Below, piece by piece: positions 20,518 to 31,346 of a stretch of 64,000 nt of DNA. Each line of letters opens with the position of its first letter. The first letter of the stretch is position 1. Made by a program: the position numbers and the translations under genes. The stretch lies in assembly GCA_047284725.1 (NCBI GenBank), contig JBJBEO010000001.1, forward strand, positions 384,001-448,000, written 5' to 3'. The stretch is from Synechococcus sp. (lineage in GTDB: Bacteria; Cyanobacteriota; Cyanobacteriia; PCC-6307; Cyanobiaceae). The notes below the pieces were generated by a model. The model did not search any database. It worked only from the letters and a program-made list of their open reading frames with translations, and had not been told where the DNA came from.

Positions 20518-20919
20518 ATGGTTCCCGTCCACCGTCTTGGTCATGTCGCGATTCGCGTCAAAGACATGGAACGAGCCGTGGGCTTTTACACCGGTTTAGG
20601 GATGCGGATGGTCTGGAAGGCCGACGACTGGGCTTACCTCGAGGCGGGCGACGGCCGCGATGGGCTCGCCCTGCTCGGACCCGGTTACAAAGCCGCAGGC
20701 CCTCATTTCGCCTTCCACTTCACCGATCGCGCCGAGGTTGATCAGGTGCATCAACAGCTGCGGGCGCAAGGGGTCGCCGTCGGTGGTGTGCATGACCATC
20801 GTGACGGCACCGCTTCCTTCTATTTCCGTGATCCCGAGGGCAACTGGTTGGAGATGCTCTACGAGCCCCCTGGTGGCATCCCCTCCAATCAGCCGGAGGC
20901 GGCGGTGTCTCAACCCTGA
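20518..20919 (+). CDS. VOC/glyoxalase family protein
   Basis: LGHVAIRV, HFAF and YFRDPEGNWLE. Confidence 0.9.
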   Translation: MVPVHRLGHVAIRVKDMERAVGFYTGLGMRMVWKADDWAYLEAGDGRDGLALLGPGYKAAGPHFAFHFTDRAEVDQVHQQLRAQGVAVGGVHDHRDGTASFYFRDPEGNWLEMLYEPPGGIPSNQPEAAVSQP

Positions 20920-23333
20920 TGCAGAGCCTCAGTCGCGTTGCTCTGTCCCCGTCCAACCCGGTGCAGCAGGAAACCCTGGAGTTGCTGGAGTGGCCCAGGC
21001 TGTGTGAACACCTGGCAACCTTTGCCAGCACAACCCCAGGCCGCAGGGCAGCGCAGGCCACGGAGTTACCGGGCGATCTGGAAATCAGTCGCCAGTGGTT
21101 GGCACGCTCGCTCGAGCTGGCTGGCCTCGATGGGGTGATCGATGGGGGCCTGAGCTTTCAGGGGGTGCATGACCTTCAGTCCGTGCTGTTGCGTTGCAGC
21201 AAAGGAGGCACGGCTCACGGCGAAGAGCTCCTGCGCGTGGCCGACACGCTTGCAGCCGCCCGGCGCCTGCGTCGCCAGGTGGATGAACCGGATCTACGGC
21301 CCCTCTGTACAGGTTTGTTCGATATCGTGGCCACCCTCCCCGAGCTGGAGCAACGGCTTAAATTCGCCCTAGAGGAGGGTGGCCGCGTGGCGGATCGGGC
21401 CAGTGCGGCCCTGGCCGGACTGCGTCAGCAGTGGCACAGCTTGCGGCAGCAGCGTCGGGACCGCCTCCAGGACGTGCTGCGGCGCTGGGCCGCGCAGTTG
21501 CAGGACACCGTGATCGCTGAACGCCATGGCCGCCCTGTGCTGGCGGTGAAGGCCGGTGCGATCGGGCATTGCAAGGGGATGGTGCATGACAGCTCCGCCT
21601 CAGGCAGCACGGTGTTCGTGGAGCCTCAGGCCGTGATCGATCTGGGCAATCGCCTGGCCGATCAGGAAGGCCGGATCCGGGAAGAGGAGCAGCGGGTTCT
21701 GGCTGCACTCAGTGCCGCTGTGGCGGATCAGCATGCGTCGTTGCTACGGCTCACTGAGGTGCTGCTGATGCTTGATCTCAGTCTGGCCCGTGCTCGTTAC
21801 GGCCAGTGGCTTGGAGGAGTGCCGCCGCAGTTGGAGGCGGATCCCCAGGCTGTGTTTCGCCTCGAACAGCTGCGCCATCCGCTGTTGGTGTGGCAGGAGA
21901 AGCGTGAGCAGGGAACGCCCGTGGTGCCCATCAGCATCACCGTGTCCGATCAGCTCCGGGTGGTGGCGATTACGGGGCCCAATACCGGCGGCAAGACCGT
22001 CACGCTCAAAAGCATTGGCCTCGCCGCTCTGATGGCGAGAGCAGGCTTGTGGTTGCCCTGCACGGGTGCTCCATCGCTCCCCTGGTGTGCCCAGGTTTTG
22101 GCCGACATCGGCGATGAGCAGTCGCTGCAGCAAAGCCTTTCAACCTTCAGCGGCCATGTGAAACGGATCGGGCGCATCCTCGAGGCCCTTCAGGACGGCC
22201 CTGCACCGGCGCTGGTGTTGCTGGATGAGGTGGGGGCTGGCACCGACCCGAGTGAGGGAACCGCCTTGGCGACAGCCTTGCTGCGCACCCTGGCGGATCG
22301 AGCTCGCCTCACCATTGCCACCACGCATTTCGGTGAACTCAAGGCCCTCAAGTACAGCGACACCCGCTTTGAAAATGCATCGGTGGCCTTCGACAGTGAA
22401 ACGCTGTCTCCCACCTATCAGCTGCTCTGGGGCATTCCCGGCCGCAGCAATGCCTTGGCCATCGCCACCCGCCTCGGTCTGGATCCTGACGTGATCGATC
22501 AGGCGACGGGCCTGCTGCGGCCTGAGGCTGCTGGTGATGTCAATGCTGTGATCCGTGGCCTTGAAGAGCAGCGGCAACGACAGCAGGCCGCCGCGGAGGA
22601 TGCTGCGGCGCTTCTGGCCCGCACCGAGTTGTTGCATGAGGAGCTGCTGGGCCGATGGGAGCGGCAGCGGCAGCAGTCGTCGCAGCAGCAGGAACAGGGG
22701 CGCCAGCGTCTGGAGACGTCGATTCGGGACGGCCAGAAGGAGGTGCGCAAGCTGATCCGCCGGCTTCGCGATCAGAAGGCCGATGGTGAAACCGCTAGGC
22801 AGGCCGGGCAGCGCCTCCGGCGTCTAGAAGCTGACCATCGCCCTGCCCCTGAACGTCGTCGTCACCCTGACTGGCGCCCCCAGGTTGGCGACCGCATCCG
22901 TCTTCTCGCCCTCGGTAAGGCGGCGGAGGTGCTGTCGATGTCCGATGACGGCCTGCAGCTCAATGTGCGCTGTGGTGTGATGCGCAGCACCGTGGAGTTG
23001 TCTGCGGTGGAAAGTCTGGATGGACGCAAAGCCACCCCACCTCAGCCGACGGTGAAGGTGAAGGCTCGCGGCGTTGGCGGGCGTGGCGCCCAGGTGCGCA
23101 CTGCTCGCAACACCATCGATGTGCGCGGCATGCGTGTGCACGAAGCTGAAGCGGCGGTCGAAGACCTGCTGCGTGGCGCCAACGGACCGATGTGGGTGAT
23201 TCATGGCATCGGCACTGGAAAGCTGAAACGTGGCCTGCGCCAATGGTTGGAGACAGTGCCCTACGTGGAGCGTGTCATCGATGCCGAACCCGGCGATGGA
23301 GGCCCGGGCTGCAGTGTGATCTGGCCCCGTTAA
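20919..23333 (+). CDS. mutS2: Endonuclease MutS2
   Basis: ITGPNTGGKT, SLSTFSGH, LDEVGAGTDP, and a C-terminal Smr domain (IHGIGTG). Confidence 0.95.
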   Translation: MQSLSRVALSPSNPVQQETLELLEWPRLCEHLATFASTTPGRRAAQATELPGDLEISRQWLARSLELAGLDGVIDGGLSFQGVHDLQSVLLRCSKGGTAHGEELLRVADTLAAARRLRRQVDEPDLRPLCTGLFDIVATLPELEQRLKFALEEGGRVADRASAALAGLRQQWHSLRQQRRDRLQDVLRRWAAQLQDTVIAERHGRPVLAVKAGAIGHCKGMVHDSSASGSTVFVEPQAVIDLGNRLADQEGRIREEEQRVLAALSAAVADQHASLLRLTEVLLMLDLSLARARYGQWLGGVPPQLEADPQAVFRLEQLRHPLLVWQEKREQGTPVVPISITVSDQLRVVAITGPNTGGKTVTLKSIGLAALMARAGLWLPCTGAPSLPWCAQVLADIGDEQSLQQSLSTFSGHVKRIGRILEALQDGPAPALVLLDEVGAGTDPSEGTALATALLRTLADRARLTIATTHFGELKALKYSDTRFENASVAFDSETLSPTYQLLWGIPGRSNALAIATRLGLDPDVIDQATGLLRPEAAGDVNAVIRGLEEQRQRQQAAAEDAAALLARTELLHEELLGRWERQRQQSSQQQEQGRQRLETSIRDGQKEVRKLIRRLRDQKADGETARQAGQRLRRLEADHRPAPERRRHPDWRPQVGDRIRLLALGKAAEVLSMSDDGLQLNVRCGVMRSTVELSAVESLDGRKATPPQPTVKVKARGVGGRGAQVRTARNTIDVRGMRVHEAEAAVEDLLRGANGPMWVIHGIGTGKLKRGLRQWLETVPYVERVIDAEPGDGGPGCSVIWPR

Positions 23334-24559
23334 AGCTTGGGGAGCTGGGGTTCAGGTCCCTCCGAGGGGGGCGGTTCGGGTAGAGAGATGGCATCTCCGG
23401 ACGCATCAAACAACCGCCAGCCTTCAGGGTCTGCATCGAGATGAATGGTGCTGCCGGTGTTCAGCATCAGGCTCGGATCGGCTCGCACCTGCAGCAGGTG
23501 ATCGCCATCTAGAAGGCGGCAGGTCACCAGCTGCTCGTTGCCCAGTACTTCACAGTGGCTCACCTCTGCCGGCAGATTGCGGTTGGTGGCTGGTGCCACC
23601 TTCAGGTGTTCAGGCCGGATTCCTGCGGTGAGCTGGTCGCCTTCCAGGCGTGGCAATGCTGCGGCCATCGGGCCTTCCACCGCCAGGCGTCGATCGTCCA
23701 GGAGCAACGTGGCCCCCGCACCCACCTGCACGGGCAGCACATTCATGGGTGGGCTGCCGATGAATTGCGCCACGAACAGATTGGATGGCCAGCGATAGAG
23801 CTCCATCGGTGTGCCCAGTTGCTGCAACCGACCTTGATTGAGAACAGCGATGCGATGGCCCATGGTCATCGCCTCCACCTGGTCGTGGGTGACGTAAAGC
23901 GTGGTGGTGCCCAGCTGACGTTGCAGCGACACGATTCTGGCCCGGGTGCTGGCGCGCAGCTTGGCATCAAGGTTGCTGAGGGGCTCATCCATCAGAAACA
24001 CCGCCGGTTGGCGGGCCATGGCCCGCCCGAGCGCAACCCGCTGCTTCTGCCCGCCTGAGAGTTCCTTCGGTCGACGATTCAGCAGGTGGTCGAGTTCCAG
24101 GGCTGTGGCTACATCGTTGACCCGAGCCTCGATGCGCGTCTCGCGTTCGGAGGGGATGCGAAGAGGCCCTGGCAGGCTTCGGGTCTGACGGTGCAGTTGA
24201 TCCTGGAGCTGTTGCAGCTGCGTGCGTCTCCGGCTCCGTCTCAACCCGAAACTGAGGTTGTCACGCACGCTTAGGTGGGGATAGAGGGCATAGCTCTGAA
24301 ACACCATGGCCACATCCCGCTGGGCTGGCCTCAGGCCTGTGATGGCCCTGCCGCCGATCGAGATGGCTCCAGCCGTCGGTGTGTCGAGGCCCGCCAGTAG
24401 CCGCAGCAGGGTGCTCTTGCCGCAACCTGATGGACCCACCAGCACCAGGAATTCCCCATCCTTGATGTCGAGGTGCAAGTCGCGGATCACCGGCACGGGA
24501 CCGCTGCCATCGCGTCCTGGATAGCTTTTGCTCAGCCCTTCAAAGCGAACGCCTGCCAC
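23330..24559 (-). CDS. Sugar/osmolyte ABC transporter ATP-binding protein (MalK/GgtA-like)
   Basis: GPSGCGKS, VFQSYALYPH, LSGGQ and DEPLSNLD. GTG start chosen to avoid overlap with obg. Confidence 0.92.
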   Translation of the reverse strand: MAGVRFEGLSKSYPGRDGSGPVPVIRDLHLDIKDGEFLVLVGPSGCGKSTLLRLLAGLDTPTAGAISIGGRAITGLRPAQRDVAMVFQSYALYPHLSVRDNLSFGLRRSRRRTQLQQLQDQLHRQTRSLPGPLRIPSERETRIEARVNDVATALELDHLLNRRPKELSGGQKQRVALGRAMARQPAVFLMDEPLSNLDAKLRASTRARIVSLQRQLGTTTLYVTHDQVEAMTMGHRIAVLNQGRLQQLGTPMELYRWPSNLFVAQFIGSPPMNVLPVQVGAGATLLLDDRRLAVEGPMAAALPRLEGDQLTAGIRPEHLKVAPATNRNLPAEVSHCEVLGNEQLVTCRLLDGDHLLQVRADPSLMLNTGSTIHLDADPEGWRLFDASGDAISLPEPPPSEGPEPQLPKL

Positions 24560-24619
24560 TGCTGAGATTCCGGTCGTCGCGATCTTAGGGTTGATGGTTG
24601 GCCGAGTCCGAGGCGGGAC

Positions 24620-25609
24620 GTGCAATTCATTGACCAAGCCCGAGTCGCCGTGCGTGGCGGCCGCGGTGGAGACGGCATCGTCGCGTTCCGTCGAGAAAAA
24701 TATGTTCCAGCCGGTGGGCCCTCCGGCGGTGATGGAGGCCATGGCGGTCATGTGGTGTTGGAGGCCGATGCCAACCTCCAGACTCTGCTGGATTTCAAAT
24801 TCAAGCGCCTCTTCCCAGCCATGGATGGCCGCCGTGGCGGCCCGAACCGATGCACCGGTGCCTCAGGCCAGGATCTTGTGATCAAGGTGCCCTGTGGCAC
24901 GGAAGTGCGCCACCTCACCACGGGGATCCTGCTCGGCGACCTCATCGACCCCGCTGAACAGCTCGTGGTGGCTTACGGGGGACGTGGCGGCCTCGGCAAT
25001 GCGCACTACCTGAGCAACCGCAACCGGGCTCCGGAAAAATGCACAGAAGGGCGTGATGGCGAGGAGTGGCCCCTTCAACTCGAGCTCAAGCTTCTGGCTG
25101 AGGTGGGGATCATTGGCCTGCCTAATGCAGGCAAGAGCACTCTGATCAGCGTGCTTTCAGCCGCCCGGCCGAAGATTGCCGATTACCCCTTCACCACCCT
25201 GGTGCCCAATCTGGGGGTGGTGCGCCGCCCCACTGGCGATGGCACGGTCTTTGCCGATATACCCGGGCTGATCGCCGGTGCCGCCCAGGGCGCTGGTCTG
25301 GGCCATGATTTTCTTCGCCATATTGAACGAACCCGTCTGCTGATCCACATGGTGGATGGTGGTGCTGAAGATCCTGTGTCGGATTTGCACGTGGTGGAGA
25401 AAGAGCTGGAGGCCTATGGCCACGGCCTGGTGGAGCGCCCTCGTTTGCTGGTGCTCAACAAGCTGGAGCTGATGGACGAGGACGAACGGGAGGAGCAGGT
25501 GCGGCGCCTGGAAGAGGCCAGTGGCCGCCCGGTGCTTCTCACCTCTGCCGCGATGTCCCAGGGTCTTGATGCGCTCCTTCAGACGGTCTGGACCGAGCTC
25601 GGCGTTTGA
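24620..25609 (+). CDS. obgE: GTPase ObgE/CgtA
   Basis: [33 protein letters not shown] and DIPGLI. Confidence 0.97.
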   Translation: MQFIDQARVAVRGGRGGDGIVAFRREKYVPAGGPSGGDGGHGGHVVLEADANLQTLLDFKFKRLFPAMDGRRGGPNRCTGASGQDLVIKVPCGTEVRHLTTGILLGDLIDPAEQLVVAYGGRGGLGNAHYLSNRNRAPEKCTEGRDGEEWPLQLELKLLAEVGIIGLPNAGKSTLISVLSAARPKIADYPFTTLVPNLGVVRRPTGDGTVFADIPGLIAGAAQGAGLGHDFLRHIERTRLLIHMVDGGAEDPVSDLHVVEKELEAYGHGLVERPRLLVLNKLELMDEDEREEQVRRLEEASGRPVLLTSAAMSQGLDALLQTVWTELGV

Positions 25610-25707
25610 TGCGCTTGTCTCACAACTGATCACAACTGCGTTGTGAAGTGAGTGCAACGACGTCAGAAAGAAGAGGAATGGTCTTCGGCCATCCGCTCGC
25701 ATGATTC

Positions 25708-25890
25708 ATGATGCTGTTCACCTGCTTTGACGCCCGCGGTGACCTGGTTGCCCGCTGTCAGACTGAGGCCCAGGTGGCAGACCTGCGTCAGCGTGGTTTC
25801 AACATTGCTGTGGTGCAGCCCATGGCCGAGGAGGACTTAGTGCTGTGCTCCCTCAGCGTCAGTTCGGACGCCATCGACGAGGAACTCTGA
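25708..25890 (+). CDS. Small hypothetical protein
   Basis: 60-aa ORF filling the gap between obg and CP12. Confidence 0.6.
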   Translation: MMLFTCFDARGDLVARCQTEAQVADLRQRGFNIAVVQPMAEEDLVLCSLSVSSDAIDEEL

Positions 25891-25973
25891 GCGGCGGGGA
25901 GTTTTCAACGGCAACCGATTCAAAAGCCCGCGATTCGAAATCGCAGGCTTCCGCGTGAATCCGGTGGTTGCAA

Positions 25974-26192
25974 TCAGTCGTCGTAGACGCGGCACTCGTC
26001 GGCGTCGGGATTGGCATCGCAATAGAGCTCAAGAGGCGTGGGATCGTGAGAATCGCCGGGGTGATGCTCTTTGTAGTCCTGCAGTTCTTTCAGCTCCCCC
26101 TCCAGGTGACGAACCTTGCCTGCATTGCCCTCGGCCTTGGCCGATTCGATTTCCGACTGGTCTTTCTTGATGTGCTCGTCGATTGATTGCAT
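25974..26192 (-). CDS. cp12: CP12 protein, picocyanobacterial type with only the C-terminal Cys pair
   Basis: LELYCDANPDADECRVYDD C-terminus. Confidence 0.93.
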   Translation of the reverse strand: MQSIDEHIKKDQSEIESAKAEGNAGKVRHLEGELKELQDYKEHHPGDSHDPTPLELYCDANPDADECRVYDD

Positions 26193-26350
26193 GGAGGACC
26201 GTCCTTTGCTTCCGTCGGAAACGGCAGCAGATTACGGCCTACCGGCGGCCCAGCTCCGGCCCGGAGGTGCCACTCGGTTTTCGTACCAACAGACTTGCCA
26301 ACTCGCCCCATCCGTGGCTAGCAGCGATGTAGGCAGTGGGAGGTCATCCC

Positions 26351-26827
26351 ATGGTTCGGATCAGGCAGCGGCAGGGCCGGCACTTCATGGATGAGGAGGG
26401 CCGGATGTTCTGGATCAATGGCCCTGAGGAGTTCTGTTACCTCTCCGAACAGAGGCAATGGCGACCTGGATTGACGTTCCAGCAGGTCCTGGAATGGAAG
26501 CAATGTGCTCCCTCCGGGCTGGTGAGCCAGCGTTTTGGGTCACTGAGGGCCGCCTGTGAAGCGTTTGAGCACAATCAGGTGATCTGGTCGCATGATCTTT
26601 ATTTGCGGCGGATGGGCGATCAGATGCAGTTGCATCGCTCGGCTCAGGATTACCGCCCCACCGCCATGAAAAAGGCGGAGTCTGCTGGCTCTGGGGTTCA
26701 GCCCCAGCCCTGGGAGGGCATGACGCAAACCGCTCCCGCCTGTGTATGGACGGCAACTCCCCAAGGCGAGGAGTTATCGCATCCCCGCCGCCGCCGTCGC
26801 TCTGCGGTTAAGGCGCCAATTCACTGA
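26351..26827 (+). CDS. Hypothetical protein
   Basis: ORF fills the intergenic space. Start MVRIRQ assumed. Confidence 0.55.
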   Translation: MVRIRQRQGRHFMDEEGRMFWINGPEEFCYLSEQRQWRPGLTFQQVLEWKQCAPSGLVSQRFGSLRAACEAFEHNQVIWSHDLYLRRMGDQMQLHRSAQDYRPTAMKKAESAGSGVQPQPWEGMTQTAPACVWTATPQGEELSHPRRRRRSAVKAPIH

Positions 26828-28730
26828 GTTCCAGCCAACGCTCTTCGGCGTCGGCAAGGGTCTCGAGCACTGTCGCCAACTCCTGGCTGAGGCTGGTGAG
26901 ATCAGCGCTTCCGCCGTTGATCGCCGCCTCCAGTTCCGACTTGCGACCTTCCAGGGCCGGCAGTTGGATGTCGAGCTGCTCCAATTCTTTCGCTTCCTTG
27001 AAGCTGCGCCGGCGTGGTTTGTTGCCGGCGTTGCTGGTGGAGGCTCGTGGGCTGGGAGAGGCGGCTGAGTGTTTGCTGGACTGAGCGCTGCGTTTGAGTT
27101 CTTCCGCCTTCTCGAGTTCCTTTCTGTGGTCGAGGAACTCGCTGTAATTGCCTTCAAAGCGTTCCAGGCGGCCGCTCTCGAAGCAGAACAGTCGGTCGAC
27201 CGTGCGGTCCAGGAAGTAGCGGTCGTGGGAGACCACCACCACACAGCCTCGGAAATCTTCCAGCAGGTCTTCCAGCACGCTCAAGGTCTGAACGTCGAGA
27301 TCATTGGTCGGCTCATCCAGCAGCAGCACGTTCGGTGCCTGAATCAGCAGCCGGCACAGGGTGAGGCGCCGCCGCTCCCCTCCCGAGAGCTTGCTGATCG
27401 GACTGTGCTGCTGGGCCGGTGGAAACAGGAAGCGCTCCAGCAGTTGTGAGGCCGTGAGTTGTTCCCCGTTCAGGTCAATGCGAGACGCGGCTTCTTCGAC
27501 AAAGTCGATCACCTTGCGCTCCAGCCCCCGGCCGCTGGTGAGGGCATCGGTGTGCTGGTCGAGATAGCCAAGGTGCACCGTTTCGCCGAGGCGCAGTTCA
27601 CCCCCCGCAGGCATGCGGCGGCCGGCGATCAGATCCAGCAACGTGGATTTACCGCTGCCATTCGGCCCGATGATGCCGATGCGGTCTTCCGGGCTGAAGC
27701 TGTAGGTGAAATCCTCGAGCAGCACCGCGCCGTTGTCGGTGCCATCTGTGGTGGCGCGCAGGTGCTCTGCTTCGATGGCCACCTTGCCGATGCGGCGGCT
27801 CACATTCGCCATCTCCAGCTGGGCCCTGGCCTTTTTGGGTGGGGCAGCCCGCATGGCCTCAATGCGCTGCAATCGTGCTTTCTGCTTGGTGCTGCGCGCT
27901 TTCGGCCCCTGGCGCAGCCAGGCCAGTTCGCGGCGCAGCACGCTTTTGAATTTGGCGGCTGAGGCTGCATCCGCAGCATCTTGTTCCGCCTTGCGTTGCA
28001 GATAGGTGCTGTAGTTGCCGTCGTAGCTGCGTGCTTCTCCATCGGCCACCTCAACGATCCGGTGGGTGATCCGATCGAGTACGTAGCGGTCGTGGGTGAC
28101 CAGCACGACGGCGCCGGGATAGCGATCCAGCCAGTTCTGCAACCACTCCACGGCGGCGGCATCGAGGTGGTTGGTGGGTTCGTCCAGCAGCAAGACATCG
28201 GGGCACGCGACGAGGGCTGATGCCAGCCCAACCCGTTTGCGGTAGCCGCCCGATAGATCCTCCACCGGTTTCTGCAGATCGCTGATGCCCAGGCGCTGGA
28301 GCACCTCCTGACACTGTTGCTCCAGCCCCCAGGCTTCGGCCTCATCCATGCGTTGGCTGAGGTGTCCCAGTTCGGTGAGCAGGGCTGTGTCGTCGGGGGA
28401 CTGAGCGACGGCCTCGGTGAGTGCGCTGAAGCGAAGCAGCAGCTCGCGTTTTTCGCCACAGCCCGCCAAGACCTGTTCGAGCACGGTCAGTCCTGGCTGC
28501 ACGTGGCTTTCCTGGCCCACCAGTTCCACCCTGAGCCGAGGGGAGCAACGTCTCTCACCACCCCCAACGGGCTCCTGCCCGGCCAACACGTTGAGAAGAG
28601 TCGATTTCCCTGCGCCGTTCGGGCCAATCAACCCCAGGCGGTCGTTGGTGCCGATGTGCAGGGTGAGATCGGCAAACAGGGTGCGAATGCCAAAATCCTT
28701 CTCGACATTCACCAGGCTGATCAGACTCAC
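26808..28730 (-). CDS. ABC-F family ATPase (Uup-like)
   Basis: Two ABC domains (GPNGAGKS, GPNGSGKS, LDEPTN twice) and a C-terminal ERWLELSE. Confidence 0.93.
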   Translation of the reverse strand: MSLISLVNVEKDFGIRTLFADLTLHIGTNDRLGLIGPNGAGKSTLLNVLAGQEPVGGGERRCSPRLRVELVGQESHVQPGLTVLEQVLAGCGEKRELLLRFSALTEAVAQSPDDTALLTELGHLSQRMDEAEAWGLEQQCQEVLQRLGISDLQKPVEDLSGGYRKRVGLASALVACPDVLLLDEPTNHLDAAAVEWLQNWLDRYPGAVVLVTHDRYVLDRITHRIVEVADGEARSYDGNYSTYLQRKAEQDAADAASAAKFKSVLRRELAWLRQGPKARSTKQKARLQRIEAMRAAPPKKARAQLEMANVSRRIGKVAIEAEHLRATTDGTDNGAVLLEDFTYSFSPEDRIGIIGPNGSGKSTLLDLIAGRRMPAGGELRLGETVHLGYLDQHTDALTSGRGLERKVIDFVEEAASRIDLNGEQLTASQLLERFLFPPAQQHSPISKLSGGERRRLTLCRLLIQAPNVLLLDEPTNDLDVQTLSVLEDLLEDFRGCVVVVSHDRYFLDRTVDRLFCFESGRLERFEGNYSEFLDHRKELEKAEELKRSAQSSKHSAASPSPRASTSNAGNKPRRRSFKEAKELEQLDIQLPALEGRKSELEAAINGGSADLTSLSQELATVLETLADAEERWLELSELAP

Positions 28731-29365
28731 TGGGCTCCAGCTGCGCGCTGCTGCTCCAGATAAGCAAACACACTCTTGTCACCGACATCGGCCGCAGCGG
28801 GAATGCCGAATTTGCGCAGGGCGAGCACCACCAGCAGCAGGGCGGCCGAGGTGAGCAATCCAAGGCAGACCCCGGGGTCGAGTAGGCCGCTCAGGCGCCC
28901 AAGCAGGGCGATGGGCAGCAGCAGGGTGAGTCCGATGGCTTCCGGTCGGCGGAAACAGAAGAACTCTTTGAAGCCAATGCCTGCCAGCGCTGCGAACAAG
29001 GGGCCGATGGCGAGAATCCAGAGCGGTTGACCTTGCAGCGTTGCCAGGGCCTGGGATGGACCGCTGAGTACCAACAGCACACCCCATCCCAGGCATCCCA
29101 GCAGCCAGAACAGCTGCAGTGCCCGATGGAGGGGCCTGAGGTAGATGTGAATCCACTGCAGGGCCAAACCCAGGCCGGCGGCCAGGGGCAACAGCCACAA
29201 CCAGGCCCACTCGCTGCCGATCTGCCACCACTGCAGCAGTCCTGCACTAAACGACAGGCCGCTCACCAGCAAGGCAATGCGATACCGCTGCACTTCACGC
29301 CGATCATGCTCCGTGATCGTGTAAGTCCCGTACATGCCCTCGAACTGGGGATCAGCCTTGGTCAT
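28727..29365 (-). CDS. DUF2301 membrane protein
   Basis: HIYLRPLH, FKEFFCF and DVGDKSVF. Confidence 0.88.
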   Translation of the reverse strand: MTKADPQFEGMYGTYTITEHDRREVQRYRIALLVSGLSFSAGLLQWWQIGSEWAWLWLLPLAAGLGLALQWIHIYLRPLHRALQLFWLLGCLGWGVLLVLSGPSQALATLQGQPLWILAIGPLFAALAGIGFKEFFCFRRPEAIGLTLLLPIALLGRLSGLLDPGVCLGLLTSAALLLVVLALRKFGIPAAADVGDKSVFAYLEQQRAAGAQ

Positions 29366-30351
29366 GGCAATGCCTCAGAACTGTCCACCAGTGTGCACAG
29401 ATCTGGTCCGGCGGGAACAATCCCGCCTGGGTTGAGAGGAAAGAGCGCTCCGTAGTAGTCAGCACGCCAGGCCTCGCCGTCGCAGCTGTCGGCGACCCCT
29501 GGAAGCTTGTAGAAGCGTTGGCGCCAGCTCCACAGTGCAGGGAACATCCAGAGGGGTTTCGCGCTGCAGCCAAACAAGGGGGCGTACACCAGCTCCCAGC
29601 GGATCAGGGTGGGGAACAGGCGCACATCGGCGATGGTGAGCTGCTCACCGCAGAGCCAAGGCCCTTGCCTCTGCAGAGCGGCTTCAACCGCTTCAAGGGC
29701 GGAAAACAAGGCGGTGCTGGCTTCGTTGTACGCCTGCTGGGAGCGTGCGAATCCACAGCGGTAGACGCCGTCGTTCACCGCCGGTTGCACCAGCCGTTGC
29801 CATCGTGCGATGGGTGCCGCCAAGGCAGCGGGGGCAAGGTTGTCTGCTCCGTCTCCCCCCGGCCAGCGGTTGAGCGCTTCGGTGAGGGCGGCGCTGTCGT
29901 TGCCGAGCAGTGTGGCTGCGGTTTCTGTGTCGCGGCCGGGATCGATGAGCGCGGGCACCGTGGCGCGGTGATGGGGTGGTGTGTCGCAATGGCGGTACAG
30001 CGCCAGCAGCGAATCACACCCCAACCAGGAAGGGGTCAAGGACCATCGACCGGCCCGGTGATCCGCTGTGGCCATCAGCAGGGTGAGGGTGCCGTCCAGG
30101 CGTCGCAGCCGATGCATCAGCCAGGTGCGATGGGCCCAGGGGCAGCTGCGCCCGATCACCAGGCGGGGGCGCGTTTCGGATGAACGCCCTTGCAGAGCCT
30201 CCTCGCTGGGAACAACGACCTCGAGTCGATCGCTGGGAGGCCTGACGTAGCGCCCCTCCCGATCGGAGGGACCCAGCCCTTGCATCAGCTGGCGCCATTG
30301 CCAACGCCAGCCCTCACGGGCGGCGGCGACAACCAGAGGGGGGATGGCCAT
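29362..30351 (-). CDS. Glutathionyl-hydroquinone reductase (GST omega/xi-like)
   Basis: CPWAHRT, TVPAL, NDGVYRCGFA and ADVRLFPTLIR. Confidence 0.92.
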   Translation of the reverse strand: MAIPPLVVAAAREGWRWQWRQLMQGLGPSDREGRYVRPPSDRLEVVVPSEEALQGRSSETRPRLVIGRSCPWAHRTWLMHRLRRLDGTLTLLMATADHRAGRWSLTPSWLGCDSLLALYRHCDTPPHHRATVPALIDPGRDTETAATLLGNDSAALTEALNRWPGGDGADNLAPAALAAPIARWQRLVQPAVNDGVYRCGFARSQQAYNEASTALFSALEAVEAALQRQGPWLCGEQLTIADVRLFPTLIRWELVYAPLFGCSAKPLWMFPALWSWRQRFYKLPGVADSCDGEAWRADYYGALFPLNPGGIVPAGPDLCTLVDSSEALP

Positions 30352-30401
30352 AGACCGAGGCGTTCAGCGGTGTCAGTCTGGAGCTGTTCGTCAGATGCTG
30401 G

Positions 30402-31346
30402 ATGGTGAGCCCTCGGGTTTTGGTGGTGGGCGGCACCCACGGCAATGAAATCAACGGGCCCTGGCTGCTGGATCAATGGGACCAGCATCCCCAGCTGATC
30501 GACAGCAGAGGGCTGGACGTGCAAGCCGTGATCGGCAATCCAGCCGCTCGAGCCCAGGGCCGGCGTTACCTCGATCGGGACCTCAACCGCAGTTTCCGCC
30601 CCGACCTTCTGGCGACTGCCTCTGCTCAGGCTGTCGATCCCAAGGTGTCTGGCGTTGATCGGGAGATGGTCAGGGCCTCGACCCTGCTGCGTCAGTACGG
30701 GCCATCTGGTCCGGATGCTTGTTGTGTCGCCCTTGATCTGCACAGCACCACCGCCGCGATGGGCAGCTGTCTGGTGGTGTACGGCCGCCGGCCAGCTGAT
30801 CTGGCCATGGCGGCAGCGGTGCAGCAGCGGCTCGGGCTGCCGGTGTACCTGCATGAAGCGGACGAGGCCCAGCAGGGATTCCTGGTGGAACGGTGGCCTT
30901 GCGGGCTGGCGATTGAGATCGGCCCTGTGCCGCAGATGGTGCTTGAACCGAGCATCGTGGAACGGACGCGTCTGACCCTCAACGCCTGTTTGGCAGTGCT
31001 GGCTGAAGCCCGTGATGGGTGGCGCGTGCCTCCTTCAGAGCTGGTGGTGCATCGCCACCTCGGCAGCATCGATCTGCCCCGCGATGGGGACGGTCGACCC
31101 GATGCCTGTCTTCACCCTGCCCGTCAGGGGCAGGACTGGCAGCCCTTGTGTGCAGGCGACCCGCTGTTTCGGAAGGCCGATGGCACGGTGATTGCCTACA
31201 CCGGGCCCGATGGGCATGTCCCCGTTTTCATCAATGAAGCGGCCTACGGAGAGAAAGGGATTGCTCTCAGCCTGACGGCCAAGGAACGCTGGCCCATCGA
31301 TGCGGCAGGCCCCTCTGCATTGAGGAGCCTGTTGGGATCTGATTAA
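30402..31346 (+). CDS. Aspartoacylase
   Basis: GGTHGNE, DLNRSF, DLHSTT and FINEAAY.EK. Confidence 0.92.
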   Translation: MVSPRVLVVGGTHGNEINGPWLLDQWDQHPQLIDSRGLDVQAVIGNPAARAQGRRYLDRDLNRSFRPDLLATASAQAVDPKVSGVDREMVRASTLLRQYGPSGPDACCVALDLHSTTAAMGSCLVVYGRRPADLAMAAAVQQRLGLPVYLHEADEAQQGFLVERWPCGLAIEIGPVPQMVLEPSIVERTRLTLNACLAVLAEARDGWRVPPSELVVHRHLGSIDLPRDGDGRPDACLHPARQGQDWQPLCAGDPLFRKADGTVIAYTGPDGHVPVFINEAAYGEKGIALSLTAKERWPIDAAGPSALRSLLGSD